64,000 nt of DNA from the NCBI RefSeq assembly GCF_009914755.1, contig NC_060937.1; one strand, 5' to 3'. Source of the DNA: the human T2T-CHM13v2.0 reference genome, Homo sapiens. The translations under genes were made by a program, and so were the position numbers. The notes under the pieces are model-generated. The model made no database searches, was not told where the DNA came from, and saw only the letters and a list, made by a program, of their open reading frames with translations. Positions 25,185 to 41,747 of the stretch are shown one piece after another; the stretch's first letter is position 1, and every line of letters starts with the position of its first letter.

Positions 25185-26810
25185 AAAAAAATGTTTTTGT
25201 TAAAAATTAAGATGATGCTTTTACATAATTCAAATCATCAAATAGTTTTTCAAGGCTGGTTGACAAAACAAAACAAACAAACAAAAAACAACTGCATCCT
25301 CTACAACCTCCACTGTTCTCATTTCTGAGAGGTTACCATTTTCCCTCCAGATAACATACTTTTTGATTTTTCTATTTAGGCATTTTTTGCCCCCCCCCAC
25401 AATTAAGTAAGAATTTACTACCTTCTACCCTGGCTAGCTACCAACCCCTATGCGTGTCCTATACAATCAGTGATTACATAACCATTACCATGTAAATGCT
25501 GTTTAAAACTGAGTCACATAAAAATATAACTTTTTTGGTGCAATGTTTTTTCTCCTTGGAATTAATAATTGCCTTGGTTTTTATTTCCTTTGTCTTCTGT
25601 GTCCTTATTACTATTCACCCCCATGTTTTCCTTAGTTTCTCTATTCTTTGTTCTGGAACTTCTGCCTTTTAAATATTGGTCATCATAGACTGATCCTCTA
25701 AATTTCTTTTCTAGTTCGGTTTTCTTTTATCTGTCTCTTTTTCAGATTTTCTCAGCATTGCAGTCCAACGTCTCTATCAAGTTTTTAATTTCTCCTACAA
25801 TATTTTTAATCTATAGGATTTTTTCCTAGAATGTTTATTTTTAAAGAAAATTATCCTTTTAGTGTGTTTTAAGGAGCAAATATCTCTCTAATGTCTCAGA
25901 GGATATTGATAGTTTTCTTCTTTAATTCACTGCATAGCTTCTGTTTCTCCACATTGAATTTTGCTGTTTCTGAGCGTTGGTCTCTATTTTTCATGTTTCA
26001 TCAGAGACCAGATGATCCTCGGCTGTCTGCTTGTATTTAAGAAAGAGGCCCTCAAAAGTTGAAAGGCAGTTCTGTACAGGGCTGGAACTTTTCACCTTTG
26101 AGACACACAAGAGGGTGATCTGGGAATTCACAATGTCAATATCTACGGATTTTTTTTCTTGGGATGCTCAGATTTCAAATGAAGAACTTCTTGTCCCCTG
26201 TAGGGTATTGGCCTGGCTGTCTGTGTTCTGGGATCTGAGTGATAATAGTGATTTATGGTCCCAACATTCAATAGTAGATAGACTTTGACTTCAACCATCT
26301 GTTTTCAATTGGCATTCCCATCCTTAACTGTGCCTGGTTTCCCCTATCTCAGAGATCCCCCTTTTCCACCCAGTCCTAAGCATAAGCCTCCATCCTTCCA
26401 CCAAGGTGGGGAGATGCTGAGGTCACGCTTCACTGAGTGGAAACTCAGTGTGGAATCTGAGAGCCTAAATGTTTCTTACACAGACTCTCAAATAACCATC
26501 CTGTTTTCAGCTCCCCTGTCATTTCCAAATTTATAGTTACCCAACGTTGCCAATCTCTAAAGTTTAGGGGAGTTCCACAGTGCAAATCATGTTATCCTCA
26601 GCATTTTCCACTGGCAGTGTAGTATTGGAATTTTTGATTTATGCTATGTCATTGACCATTCATCCTTTTGCTTTCCAGGTTCCACTGTTATATTGCCATA
26701 TCTTCCTCTCCTGCTCTTTGTCCTTGTAGACAAATGCCTTAAAAGTTTTACTTTCATTTCAATCAGGTTTCAGGAGAGTGAATTGTGTTTAATGTACTCT
26801 CTTTGACCAT
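25185..26810 (-). mobile_element. Ancient L1ME/MC-like fragments
   Basis: Degenerate T-rich antisense L1-like sequence. Confidence 0.5.
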
Positions 26811-28237
26811 AAGTCTTCTTATGATCTCTAAAAGTAGTTTTCTCAAGAACACAAGAGCAGGGTTGTCATTTGTGGTTGTGTAGGTGTGTAGCGCACAACT
26901 CTAAGAGAAACCATTTCCATCATAAGTATTATACATTTCTATATTTTGACAAACTCTGGAAAATGATGGTAAAGTGGCTTGTTCAACAAAGATCGGGGTA
27001 ATATAGCAATTGTTTAGCAGAGAGAAGTAAAGTTTCTTGATGAAAAGATAACTTTTTTCTAAATATACGTGAAGAAGCCATAAATAGCAGTTCTGAACAA
27101 GGGATATGAACTAAGACTTCTGATTGCAAAGATGTTTCTGAGTCTCACAGTTTAAGTTGGACCAGACTGATTTCCAAAAATAACTAAGCAGAGTTTCATA
27201 GTGCCAAGCAAATAAGGAGTTTCAACAGGTGGCCTTTGCATAATTGGATAGTTTTAGAATGTCTACTGTAACAGAAATAATCAAAATTTTTCTTGTCAAC
27301 ATGGTGAAATGGGATCTTACTAGTTGGTAATAGTTGCAGACAAAATTGTATTTAAAGATAAAATCAGTGGTAGATTTCTGGTTTAAAGTCATTTGGTGAA
27401 CAGATTCTGATGCAACCATCTATTATCTTCCTATTCAAACAACCATAAAGACAACAAAAAGAATGCATGTTTGAACAAAATGAAAACTGACAGCCAACAT
27501 ATTGCCAGAAACTTGGAAGAAATTCCATCAATTATAGAGTATATGGGGTGGAAATAAAATCATAATTGTTGACCTGCATGTCCTTTTCTCACTGAAATAG
27601 AATTTAACAGATTGTTTTAGATGAGGTAGAGAGATTTGTGGTACCCTTCTCAATGCTGTACCTTAGTTCAGAGATACAAGGTCTATTCCAAGCAAAAACC
27701 AATGTGGCCACCCTGCGGTTGTTTAGAGACTTCTTTGTGGTTCACAAGACATCTCTCCATATAACCCATTCCCCCATCGGTAATTTCCCTTTTTCATTTA
27801 TTTGGATATTTGAACCTCTAAGAAAACACATAGTAGGAAGCGTGTATGGAAGGAAGTGAGAAGAGAAGAAGGAAGGGAGGCCTGGCAGCGGCATGTTGCA
27901 TTCTGGGAGCTTAAATCCCAGCAATAAAGGGTCGGAGGTGAGAGTGGATTTAGGAAGGGCATGCCATGGTTAATTTTTCAGGACAAAGAACCAGCACTGA
28001 GTGTAAGAGAATGTCTAAGTACATGGATATAGGCCACCCGCTGGGAATTAGGCCGAAAATTATGCACCTCAATTTCCCCTCAATTGTCAGTCAAAAGGGA
28101 TTTTGTAACCACATCTAAATGAACAGGAGACAAGGCCAAAGGCAAATCACAGACTTTGTCTGCTAGCAAACAGGAAGTCTTGATCAATCTCTTTTTGTTC
28201 AAAGTTAAGTAAATAGTTTCTTCATGTTGATTTTCCA

Positions 28238-28480
28238 GATGGCAACAATAGGCACTGGGGACTCCAAAAGGAGGGAAGGAGGGAGAGGGGAAAGGGTTGA
28301 AAAACTATCCATGTGGTATTGTGCTCACTACTTGGGTAATGAGATAAATCCTCAAACCTGGGGTAATTGATTAATGAGATCAATACCCCAAACCTCAGCA
28401 TCGTACTATATACTCATGTAACACGCTTGCACATGTACCCCCGAATCTAAAATGAAAGTTGAAATTATTTTTCGAAAATA
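28238..28480 (+). mobile_element. L1PB/late-L1PA 3' end
   Basis: cactggggactccaaaagg...gcacatgtacccccgaatctaaaatgaaagttg. Confidence 0.85.
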
Positions 28481-28634
28481 AGTAAATAGGAAAAATAGCA
28501 ACAACACATGGAGTATAAAAAATGTCATAGAATAATAAAATGGAGACGGAGTCTCTTGAAATATCTCAAGATGATATACAAGACTTTGGTAAAGTTGGTA
28601 TAATGATTTCAAGTTGCACATACATTGTTATAAC

Positions 28635-29505
28635 AACAAATTTACAAGAAAAAAACAAACAACCCCATCAAAAAGGGGGCAAAGGATATGAACAGACACT
28701 TCTCAAAAGAAGACATTTATACAGCCAACAGACACATGAAAAAATGCTCGTCATCACTGGTCATCAGAGAAATGCAAATCAAAACCACAGTGAGATATGA
28801 TCTCACACCAGTTAGAATGGCGATCATTAAAAAGTCAGGAAACAACAGATGCTGGAGAGGATGTGGAGAAATAGGAACGCTTTTACACTGTTGGGGGGAG
28901 TGTAAATTAGTTCAACCATTGTGGAAGACAGTGTGGCGAGTCCTCAAGGATTTTGAATTAGAATTACCATTTGATCCAGTAATCTCATTACTGGGTATAT
29001 ACCCAAAGGATTATAAATCATGCTACTATAAAGACACATGCACATGTATGTTTATTGCAGCATTATTCACAATAGCAAAGACTTGGAACCAACCCAAATG
29101 TCCACTAACAGTAGACTGGATTAAGAAAATGTGGCACATATACACCATGGAATACTATGCAGCCATAAAAAAGATGAGTTCATGTCCTTTGCAGGGACAT
29201 GGATGAGGCTGGAAACCATCATCCTAAGCAGACTGACATAGGAACAGAAAAGCAAACACCACATGTTCTCACTCATAGGTGGGAATTGAACAATGAGATC
29301 ACTTGGACACAAGGCAGGGAACATCACACACTGGGTTCTGTCCGGGGGTGGGGGAATGGGGGAGAGATAGCATTAGGAGAAATACCTAATGTAAGTGATG
29401 AGTTGATGGGTGCAACAAACCAACACAGCACATGTATACCTATGTACCAAACCTGCATGTTGTGCACATGTACCCTAGAACTTAAAGTACAATTAAAAAA
29501 AAAAA
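28635..29505 (+). mobile_element. 5'-truncated L1PA (about PA7/8) with ORF2 C-terminus
   Basis: ORF 28688-29206 is the L1 ORF2 Cys-rich C-terminus ([16 protein letters not shown]), followed by 3'UTR and poly(A). Confidence 0.95.
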
Positions 29506-30059
29506 TAGTAGGAAAGAGAAAACAATATTTTTTTAAAAGACACAATTGTTGTCACATAAAAAGATGCACATATTTGTGGACCAGAAGTGGAGCAGAAATT
29601 AGAAAATAGGTAAAGGCTGATGCCATAGGTCTCCTAGGTGCTGATACTAGGATATATCCAGGTATCTGGAAGACTGATTCCTTTAGGATATGGGAAATAT
29701 AGAGTATGCCATAGATGTCAGCAGCCCAGAGCTGGGCCCTTTACCTAAAAATGAAGTTGAAGTAGGGCACCCCACCCCTAAACTCTGGATGGAAATGGAA
29801 AAAGTTACAACTACTACTGAAGCTTTGGCTTCAATAAATCTGTTTACATGGAGTGCAAAGAGGGAGCAAACAAAAATCACTGCACAGCCAGAACCTGAGT
29901 CAGCTGCCTGCAAGCTCCGGGACTGTATCTATGAAGTACTCAATCTTGTTATGCAAAGGAACCCCAAGCACCGGTCCAAAACTTAGGTCTGCTTGTGCTG
30001 TTAGATGTGGAGGAGTGGTGTATACACGAAAGAGGAGACAGAGATTGAGAGAGAAATGG

Positions 30060-30260
30060 AAAGTGTAGTTTATAATGAGGACTGTGGATCCAATCCTTCA
30101 AAACCTGGCTCTGTGTCTTATTGGCCGTGCAACCTTGGGCAAGTCACACAACCTTGCCAAGCCTTGGTTTTCTCATCCGATAAATTGATATTAAAATAGC
30201 ACCTACTTCCATGAATTATTGTGATAATTAAAGTAACTACAACAGTGCCTGCAACATACC
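30060..30260 (+). mobile_element. MIR SINE
   Basis: cctggctctgtgtcttattggccgtgcaaccttgggcaagtcac...gttttctcatcc. Confidence 0.8.
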
Positions 30261-30380
30261 AAACTAAAATGCAATGATGGAATTAAATCTTTACTGGAAA
30301 TGGTAAAAAAAAAAATTAGTAACATAGAAAATATAATCGATAACAGAGAATAAACTTCAAAAATTCTCCTAAAGTTTCTA

Positions 30381-32450
<2,070 letters not shown>

Positions 32451-32456
32451 AAATTA

Positions 32457-33002
32457 TACCATTTGACCCAGCCATCCCATTACTGGGTATATACCCAAAG
32501 GATTATAAATCATGCTGCTATAAAGACACATGCACACGTATGTTTATTGTGGCACTATTCACAATAGCAAAGACTTGGAACCAAACCAAATGTCCAACAA
32601 CGATAGACTGGATTAAGAAAATGTGGCACATATACACCATGGAATACTATGCAGCCATAAAAAATGATGAGTTCATGTCCTTTGCAGGGACATGGATGAA
32701 GCGGGAAACCATCATTCTCAGCAAACTATTGCAAGGACAAAAAACCAAACACTGCACGTTCTCACTCATAGGTGGGAATTGAACAATGAGAACACATGGA
32801 CACAGGAAGGGGAACATCACACACCAGGGCTTGTTGTGGGGTAGGGGGAGTGGGGAGGGATAGCATTAGGAGATATACCTAATGCTAAATGATGAGTTAA
32901 TGGGTGCAGCACACCAACATGGCACAGGTATACATATGTAACAAACCTGCACGTTGTGCACATGTACCCTAGAACTTGAAGTATAATAATAATAATAATA
33001 AA
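32457..33002 (+). mobile_element. 5'-truncated L1PA (about PA4/5) 3' end
   Basis: ORF2 C-terminal remnant plus 3'UTR and (TAA)n tail; TSD aagaaaatta(t/c)ac at 32447 and 33003. Confidence 0.95.
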
Positions 33003-33676
33003 AAGAAAATTACACACTCAGGGCAGGGGAAATAAATTAATGCTATATAACAGGAAAGAATATGATATATGAATCAAAATTTCAGAAAATGTACCGGAAA
33101 CTTGTTTCTACTAATAAAGTTTGATAAAATTGTTACAGAAGTGAACTAAACTTATTTAAAAGGAAGTTTATTGTTGCATTATATGTAATAGGAAAACAAT
33201 AGAAATTTCATAAATGTTCAGTAGTAAGAGACTATTAAATAAGTTATAGTACATTCATTCAGTCAATACCATGTAACCATTGAAAAGTTGTAGAATATTT
33301 CACATCTTGATTGGAAAATCTTTGTAATACTTCAGAATGTGAAAAAGGCAAGTTTCAAAACATCAGTCCAGACTCTTTGGGTGAATTAAAGGACTTAATT
33401 AATCTATATAAAGTTCTTGATGGAGAAGACATTGAATGTGTGTTAGTTTTCCCTCCCACACAGGATTACTTTGAAAGCTGGTTGTATGTAAAGTGGCTAG
33501 ACCAAGCCTGGCTTGTGGTTGTTACCCATTAAATGTTAGAGCCTACCCCTCTGCTTCTTGACTGTGTTCAGGAGAGCTAAGGTGCTACTTCAGCACACAC
33601 TGGCATGTTGTGCCACTATGCAGAATTGCAGTGAGTTGAAATGCAGTTTCTGGTGTGGTCAGGAAATGACAATACA

Positions 33677-33678
<2 letters not shown>

Positions 33679-33711
<33 letters not shown>
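33679..33711. repeat. (TG)n microsatellite
   Basis: Direct dinucleotide run. Confidence 0.97.
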
Positions 33712-33713
<2 letters not shown>

Positions 33714-34299
33714 TAATTAACCTTTTATCTCTCACTCACATGTGTTTAGCACTAAATGTCTTTCTGATAATCAGAAAAAGGCATCTGTGTAAAAACTAGA
33801 GATCGTCTAGTTTCTGTTCAATATTTGGCCATTGGCCAAGCTTTCCCCAGTTCAGCTCTATGCGTATGACTTGTCAGATCCACAGCATGCATTCACAGAG
33901 AGACCTCAGGACATCCTGCTGGGTTGCCAGCACTCATTAGAAGACTAAATTCCCTTTATGCTTTTTTAAAAAATTAAACTTGGTGTTTTTTACAATAGCT
34001 GTTACAAAATTCTCTAGGCATAAAGTGTGCAACCATTAGAGTTGACTTTATTTTTTATATTGTGGTAGGTTAGAGTTGTAATTGGACTTAGTTCTGCTTG
34101 AAGAATCTATTGATTCTTTGAACTGGGATATTCAAAATATCAGCTTACCCCTGAAACCTTCTTTTGCCTTGCCATGGTCAAGGCCATGGATTCCTATTGT
34201 TTGTGTCCAGTAGAGATTCCAAGGGGAAGCTCTAGCAAGTCTTTGCAGGATACGTTAACTCAACGATTGTTATTTGTTATTTGCATCAGCCCTGCATAA

Positions 34300-34644
<345 letters not shown>

Positions 34645-35822
34645 TGTGATTTTTAAAACTATTACTCAAGAAACCTGTAAGAACAAGTCTTTTAGGTGTA
34701 TAGTCTGTTATGGGGCCCACCAGGTAGGATTTATTTTTCCTTCCCATCCTTCCAGATTACTGATAATCTCAAGCACTATTTTGGATCTGTCTCATGCTTT
34801 CAATTATCCTTCCAATTTGTGTCTGTAGGGCATATTTTTATTCTTAATCTACTGTTATCTCATCCAAATAGTAAAAAAAAAACATAAGTGGTTTTTAGAG
34901 TCTTTGTTCTTTCTTTCTTCTTTTTCGGGGTAGCGCATTTATAAGCTTATTTCCTTTTCTGAAATTGGGAAATCATGTGATACCAACCCATTAAATAAGA
35001 ATGGTCCCAGGGATCTGGTTTATGAATTTATAATAAGGTCAGATTATAGGGCCTATGGGCAAATGTGACCTCTTCACAGAATGAGGACTTCTGTGGTGTG
35101 ACAAGCAGAGTTCTAAAGATGGTCAGAGGGTTTCTTGGTCACATAAATAATCTTACAAAACAGCACATTAATGATTTAAGTATAAATAGATTAAACACAT
35201 ATGGATTCAATTTCCCCCCAAATACACATGACTCCAAAATCCAGGGGGAAAGAGCTTAGGATAAAACGTGGTTTTGGTTTAGAAAAATTCAAACATCGGA
35301 AAATAACAATTGGAACATTTGTCTAGCCCACAAATACCACTGGGTCAGTTTCTCCCTCACTGTCAATTTACAGAATGTTCCAGGGAAGCAGAATATATCT
35401 CATTCATTCTTGTCTTATGTGATAAAGGACTTTTAAATTAAAAGACCTCTTCAAAAAAACTTTGAGGAAAAAGTTATCAAGCTCCCCTTCAAATGGTTTA
35501 ACACACTAGGGTATTATTTGTTCTGTCCAATGCATCTTGGATATTCTTCCTCTAAAGACAAGAACTATCTTTTGGTTCCATCTTTGGGTCTTTGTTTACT
35601 TTGTGTCACTGGTGAGTATTTGCAGCTCTTTGGGAAAAACTCTTTTCTTAACCATAATGAATTGCTTTATAATTTGCATAGCTTTGCAAAGACTAGACAA
35701 GCTCTGAAAATAAAAAGTACTTTGACATGCAAGATAAAGTTATTTGAATTCTTTTATGTCTCTAAGCTCACCCCATTTCTCTGCAGTGACTACATGGTTC
35801 TTGTTCAAAGAGGGGGCAAGTG

Positions 35823-36140
<318 letters not shown>

Positions 36141-36739
36141 TCATGGAGGTGATCTGTAAGAGGTGCCATTCTGCAGCTAGTGAGCACAGTTGGTGCTCAA
36201 GACACATCTGCCAAAGGGAGATAATTTGAATGCACAAACTGAAGAATCAGACTACACTCAACACATTATGTATGTTTGTGTCTGCGTGTGGCGGTGAGGG
36301 TGATGGGGTCTTCTCCATAATACCTATAGAACTAAACAATAGCTCCAAGTGGAAATATGTGACTAATCAGTAAATTGAGTCAATTTGTGGCTGATAGACC
36401 CTGTGTTCAGCCTGTCATTACCATTTGTATTTGGCATTGTACATCTTCAGCTGATTGTTAGACATACTTACATCTACATATGTGTGTCTTTTTCTTTTTA
36501 CAAACAGGGGTTTCCAATGTTGAAATTTTGGATACGAAGTAAAAATAAAAAGATATAACTTTATTACAAGAGAAATTCTACAAAAATGGATATTTATGCA
36601 GTTGTCTCCATCGATGTGTTGATAGCATTGCCTCAGATAAATAAAATCAGTTGACAGTTCAAACTACGTATTAGTCAATAATATAGCATACTCCTCCACT
36701 GAGTTGTTTTATCAGAAGTTCTCGCCAGGAAGGTCATAA

Positions 36740-36960
36740 TGATGATAATCATTCTGAACACCTACCAAGTGCCATGTGTTTTACCATGAGTATTTCTCCA
36801 AAATCTTCCAGTTAGATGTTCTTAATCTCATTCTCCGTGTGAGAGAATTGTGAGAGTATATAAATGACTCCACAAAGGTCACACACCTGTAAGTCACAGA
36901 GATAATGTTTGAACCCAGATCTGTGTGGTTACTGATCTGTTCTATTCTCTTTCCAACTCC
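36740..36960 (-). mobile_element. MIR SINE
   Basis: aaggtcacacacctgtaagtcacaga...tttgaacccagatctgtgtg. Confidence 0.7.
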
Positions 36961-37094
36961 CCCATTGACCTTTGATAAAAGTAGTCAAGAGGAATGGCAT
37001 GGTAATAACCGTAAAATAACAGCTAATAGTTATTGAGATTTTATGATATGAGAAGCAACATATTAAGTTCTTTATGAGATAGGCTTCATAGGAA

Positions 37095-37520
37095 TCACAT
37101 TTATTGAGTGCCTATTATGTGACAGATTATGTTTTAACATTTAATGCACTTACCGTTTTAAATACTTTACATGTGTCAATTACTTTGATTCTCATGGTGT
37201 CGGAAATATTATCTCAGTAGGTTAGATAAGGAAACCAACTAGGTTTACATCCCCAAGATCCCCCTATCTATTGCAATACCTCTGAAGGGATCACCACGGC
37301 TCATGGCTGCCTGCAGGGCAAGTTTATGGGCCTGTGTCCTACTATAGGCAATGGCTAAAAGAATCCCTTAGAGCTTTACCACAGCTAAAGCACAGCTAAA
37401 GCACAGGAATTGGTTTTTAAAGTTCCTTAGGAGTCATTTGTAAGTGGCACAGCCAGTATTAAAAGGCAAGAGTTGTGGCCAAGAGTACCAGACTCATAAC
37501 CTCTGTGGTATACTGCCTTT
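37095..37520 (-). mobile_element. MIR SINE split by a ~175-bp templated insertion
   Basis: MIR core cccaagatccccctatcta | gtaagtggcacagcc is interrupted by 37267-37443. Confidence 0.7.
37267..37443 (+). repeat. Dispersed local duplication, copy A (of 39194-39364)
   Basis: 104/109 identical in the first block and 35/38 in the second block by manual alignment. Confidence 0.95.
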
Positions 37521-38529
37521 CCTAGACAAACTGCTAGGAAAGGAAGATGCCACAGGCTAGAGATTCAATTAAATTGATATTTAGAAAGAGGCAATATTGG
37601 CAAAGATGAGAGCCTTCGTCTGAATTAAAAGTGGTATTAAAAAAGATCAAGATGGAGAGGTGAGAGGTTATGCAGACTGGCATTAATTAGCACTGAATGG
37701 TTTAAATGCTCCTACAAAATGTAATAGGAGAGGTCTCTGATCAGTGAGAAAGGGAGGTTAAAGCTAGGGCCTTGCAGATCACAGGAAATAAAGAAAACAA
37801 TCCTCTTAGGACAGGCAAAAAGGGACCCATCAAGAAATAAAGGGAGCTGCAGTGGGCCCAGCTTTTGTTAAGCCAAACGAATCCCGGGGAGAGGAGACAA
37901 TTCTCACAAGGTCAGGGCCAGACTGCTTGGCAAGTCACAGAAGTGAGTCTGTGCTGAACCCAGCTCCTCTCCTTGCACATGCGAGGTTTTGAAGCAGCTG
38001 GCAGGGAAGAAAGGATGGAGCGTGTGTCCCTGGAGTTGGGAGGACTACTGGCCTACTGCGAGGTAGATTGTGGCTTTGTCCCATCATCTTTGTCATCAGC
38101 AGCAGAACAAAATTGGTCACATCCCCTGAATCAAGGGGGCCAGAGAAAGTTCTTTTGACAGAAAGGTTCCCAAAGATGTATTTCAATGTTACTATTTCCT
38201 CCATTTCTAATGGAAAACTCAGTCTGTAGGGTGCTAGGATTTCTCCATTTTTAGAATGTTTCTCATTAAATATCAAACGGAATCTGTGTCTCCATCCTGC
38301 AGCAAGTGAACAGATGCTCTGTTTTACTCGCCTTAGGCTGCCCAGTTTGGTATATAACCAACGCATCCATCCTAACTTTAGGGGTATCAGATATTAGCCC
38401 CTGCTCCAAATAAATACATACATTTGCACACAAATAATTCCAAGAAGTTTCACTTGCTCCCCTGCTATCAGGAGCTGTAGATTATGCAGGGAAGTTTCTG
38501 GAATTCGGTTTGTGTTGAAGTTTGTTTCC

Positions 38530-39030
38530 ACTAGGGAGAGTCCTACTACAAGTCACAGACCACTGCACAGGCTGCTTAAACAATAGGAAATTTACTGAAT
38601 ATGTAACTGAAAATACAAAAAGGTGGACTTCAGAGTCAGTTTAATCCCGTGGTTCCAACTCTATTTCTACAGTTGCCCTGGCTGCTGTCATATTTGTGTG
38701 TCAGCTTCATCCCATGCAGCTTCCCCCTGTGGAGGGGTGGCTACAGTAGTTTCTGACTTCACATCCACATACCGTAATGTCCACAGGAAGAGAAAATAGC
38801 CGTCGCTTCCCATACTTACTCTTAAGAGAAGGGAAATGTCTTGCCCAGAAGCTCTCGTCAAACTTCCTCTAGCATCTAATTAAGCCAGATTCTCGAGGCC
38901 CATGCATTGATTGGGCCAGTCCTGCCATCTTGACCAATCAGTGTCAAGGAGGGTGGGATGTCCCAAGACATCCCAGTCCTGGGGTTGGGCAGTTCCTCTG
39001 GGGCCCACGACCTCTGTGAGGAGAGATGGG
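38530..39030 (-). mobile_element. Old MaLR (MLT1K/L-like) LTR
   Basis: gcttaaacaataggaaatttactgaatatgtaactgaaaa...cattgattgggccag...tgaccaatca. Confidence 0.55.
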
Positions 39031-39193
39031 TGCTGGATCAAAGTTGGGACTCTCAGAGGCAGCAGAAAGGGGTGAAATGGGTTCTGAGCAGGCTATGTCC
39101 TGAGGGCCATGGGGGCAAATGAAGAGAAGCACACTGCTTAGCAGCTTCCCAGACAGCTGAATTCTGCTGATGGCATAAAGGGGTGATGAACTC

Positions 39194-39364
39194 TCTATTG
39201 CAGTACCTCTGAAGGGATCTCCACGGATCACGGCTGCCTGCAGGGCAAGTTTATGGGCCGGTGTCCTACTATAGGCAATGGCTAAAAGAATCCCTTAGAG
39301 CTGTGATCCTGTAATGGTACTTTAATGGGATTGGTTTTTAAAGTTCCATAGGAGTTATTTGTAA
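39194..39364 (+). repeat. Dispersed local duplication, copy B (probable donor)
   Basis: Same sequence as 37267-37443 apart from a different central segment. Confidence 0.95.
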
Positions 39365-39384
39365 AGTCCTGTCCATTCTGACAG

Positions 39385-39437
39385 CAGTCACTAGAGGGCT
39401 CACAGAGACGCCTTTCGGGGCTGCCCTCTAGAGGCGG
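39385..39437. promoter_or_regulatory. Inverted pair of CTCF-like motifs
   Basis: + strand gtcactagagggctc and - strand gcctctagagggcag, both close to CCASYAGRKGGCRS. Confidence 0.55.
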
Positions 39438-39610
39438 AGCTGAGAAAGGTGGTGCTAAGCCGTCCAGCAGCTCAGAGCCATGGAGTTGATTGGGGAATTG
39501 ATGGGTCTCCCAAGACCTCAGAGGAGTAATCTTGGGAATGTAAATGTTGGTGGAGCGTCTACAGACAATGTATGAGTCATTCAGAGGATGGCGCTTGGAG
39601 CAGTTCTATC

Positions 39611-39929
39611 TGTGCTGCCCAATATGTAGCCACGAGCCACGTGCTGTTATTGAACATTTGAAATGTGTCCAGTCCAAACTGGGCTGTGCTCTAAGTGCAA
39701 AATACACACTGTATCACATATTATCAAGGGTTGGAGTGAAAGAGAAGAATGTAAAATATCTCAATATTTTAAATATTGATTACATTTTGAAATCATGACA
39801 TTTTGAATATATTGGCTTAAGTAAAATATATTATTAAAATTAATATCACCTCTTTCATTTGATTTCTTTAAAAGAAATTTAAAATAGCATATTTTGTGAC
39901 TCACATTATACGTCTGTAAGACAGTACTG
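39611..39929. mobile_element. MER33-like hAT-Charlie DNA transposon
   Basis: tgtgctgcccaatatgtagccacgagccac ... gacagtactg termini; ~320 bp. Confidence 0.8.
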
Positions 39930-41747
39930 TGTTATGCCATTTGCTAGGGCGAGAAAGGAACTTGGTGGAGGGTGAGGGAGGAAGTGGAAGGGCCAGACAC
40001 ACTGAGAATTCCTGAGAGGAAGCTTGAGCCAATTCACAGAGACCTTTCACATAGGTCCCTGGACTGGGGTAGGGTTTCATTGCAGGAGCTCACTAACAGT
40101 TTGATAATGGTGATGATGATGATAATAATGGTAAGGACAACTTTCCCCTAATGAAATTGTCAAGGCTCTTTCAGTTGAAGCCTTCATTTCTCTAGGTACT
40201 GCTGAAAGACAGCCATATCCCCTGGATGCTCATGTGGCCATACTCATTTCTGTTTTCGCATTGCCACAGTTCCCTTTTCTCATACATAAACCTCATGCCT
40301 GATGAACCTGTCCAAAATTGCACCGTAAAAAAATTCTGCATTCCAGATTAAACTCGATGCCAAGCACATTAAATGCATCCCACAGTTGCCCCAGAGTTTC
40401 TGTGTGAATCAGAACAAATGACTAATGTCAAACCTGGATACAGATAAAAAGACACAGACATAAAAATTCTTACACATGCATTTATCTTTTTTTTTTCCCT
40501 AGAATATAAGTGTTCGACCATTTAGCATTTAGAGACTGGGAAAATGAGCTTTCACAAAATACTGCTGCTTGTGGGACCTGTCTCTTTCGAGGCAAACACA
40601 TCTGACCCTTCTGGTAACATCACCTGTCACTGCTTGGCATGTGTCAGACAGATAAGCGTGTTGTGCTTCACCTCCATTTTCAGAGCAACACAGTGGAAAT
40701 CTTCCTTCTCTTTCAGAAGGCAGAAATTCACTACTTTTCAATATTTTTAATGTAATTTGCTGAAGATAGGTGAATAATGTAAACTGTTAAAACCAAGGCT
40801 TCCCAAAAGTTTTGGCCAAGGCCAAAAATCAAAACAAATAAAGTGTAAGAAATTGTGTGAAGTAATAAAGTAAGTTATAATTCTAATTTCTGGGGCATTA
40901 ATGTGAGTATTCCTTGGACTGTCAAGGTGGTAGGAGCTGATGGTACCAGTATTCAAGATGCTGCTTTCAGAATATGGCTCTGGCCTCCTTGTGCCACCTC
41001 ACCACCCCTCTTCTCCATATCAGCCCCTGATGTCCACAGTGGAGTGTCCACCTTTGATTTCAAAGGCACTGCCACAGCCATCCTACAGGGCTCTTCTTCC
41101 CTTTCCCTCATCACTCTAACCTTTCCAAAGTGAAGAAACCAAGCTTTCTCCACCCGCCAACCAAAGCTGAGGAATCCTTTATTCCACAACTAATATGACA
41201 AAAATGTAAATATTTATTTCACATTCAGGCAGGTGGGATTGACATTTGACAATGAATTAGGCTTCATTTTAGAAAACATACAAGAGAACTGTGTGCATCT
41301 TTCAGCTGCAGTTTCAAGGAATGACTTCAAAAAAAATCTACACTTCAAATGCAAACAGAGTCCCCAGTGATAAAGAGGACATCCCTTATGAATGTACAAG
41401 TTCTAATAGATCTGACAAAGATCAACCCCACCATGAATGCAAGAGCAACTATTCAATAGCATTGCTTTTTGCCTGAACTCTACATTGTCCCTGTTTTGAA
41501 ACCAGAGAAAAACTAATTTTGCCTCTCATTTAGGGTTTTTTAAACAAAAACCTGTTGAAATATCACACCCCCCTTTTGTACCCACCTTCCAACCTGAGTA
41601 CATCTCAAAAAAGCACACACTACAAGTTTGTTCAAAAGTGGTAATGAGGCTGAATACAAAGAAAATAAAATGTAGTGAAGGTGAGCACAACAAATATACT
41701 TTTTCATCTTATTTAAACCCTACATAGTCCTTTATTCAATAATACCC

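Noticed and set aside
28688-29206. 172-aa ORF, and the similar 182-aa ORF at 55491-56039
   Set aside because: Both are L1 ORF2 C-terminal fragments of 5'-truncated elements, not host genes.
37379-37406. cacagctaaag short tandem repeats as a CRISPR-like array
   Set aside because: Only about 2.5 units with no spacers, in eukaryotic DNA; part of the templated-insertion scar.
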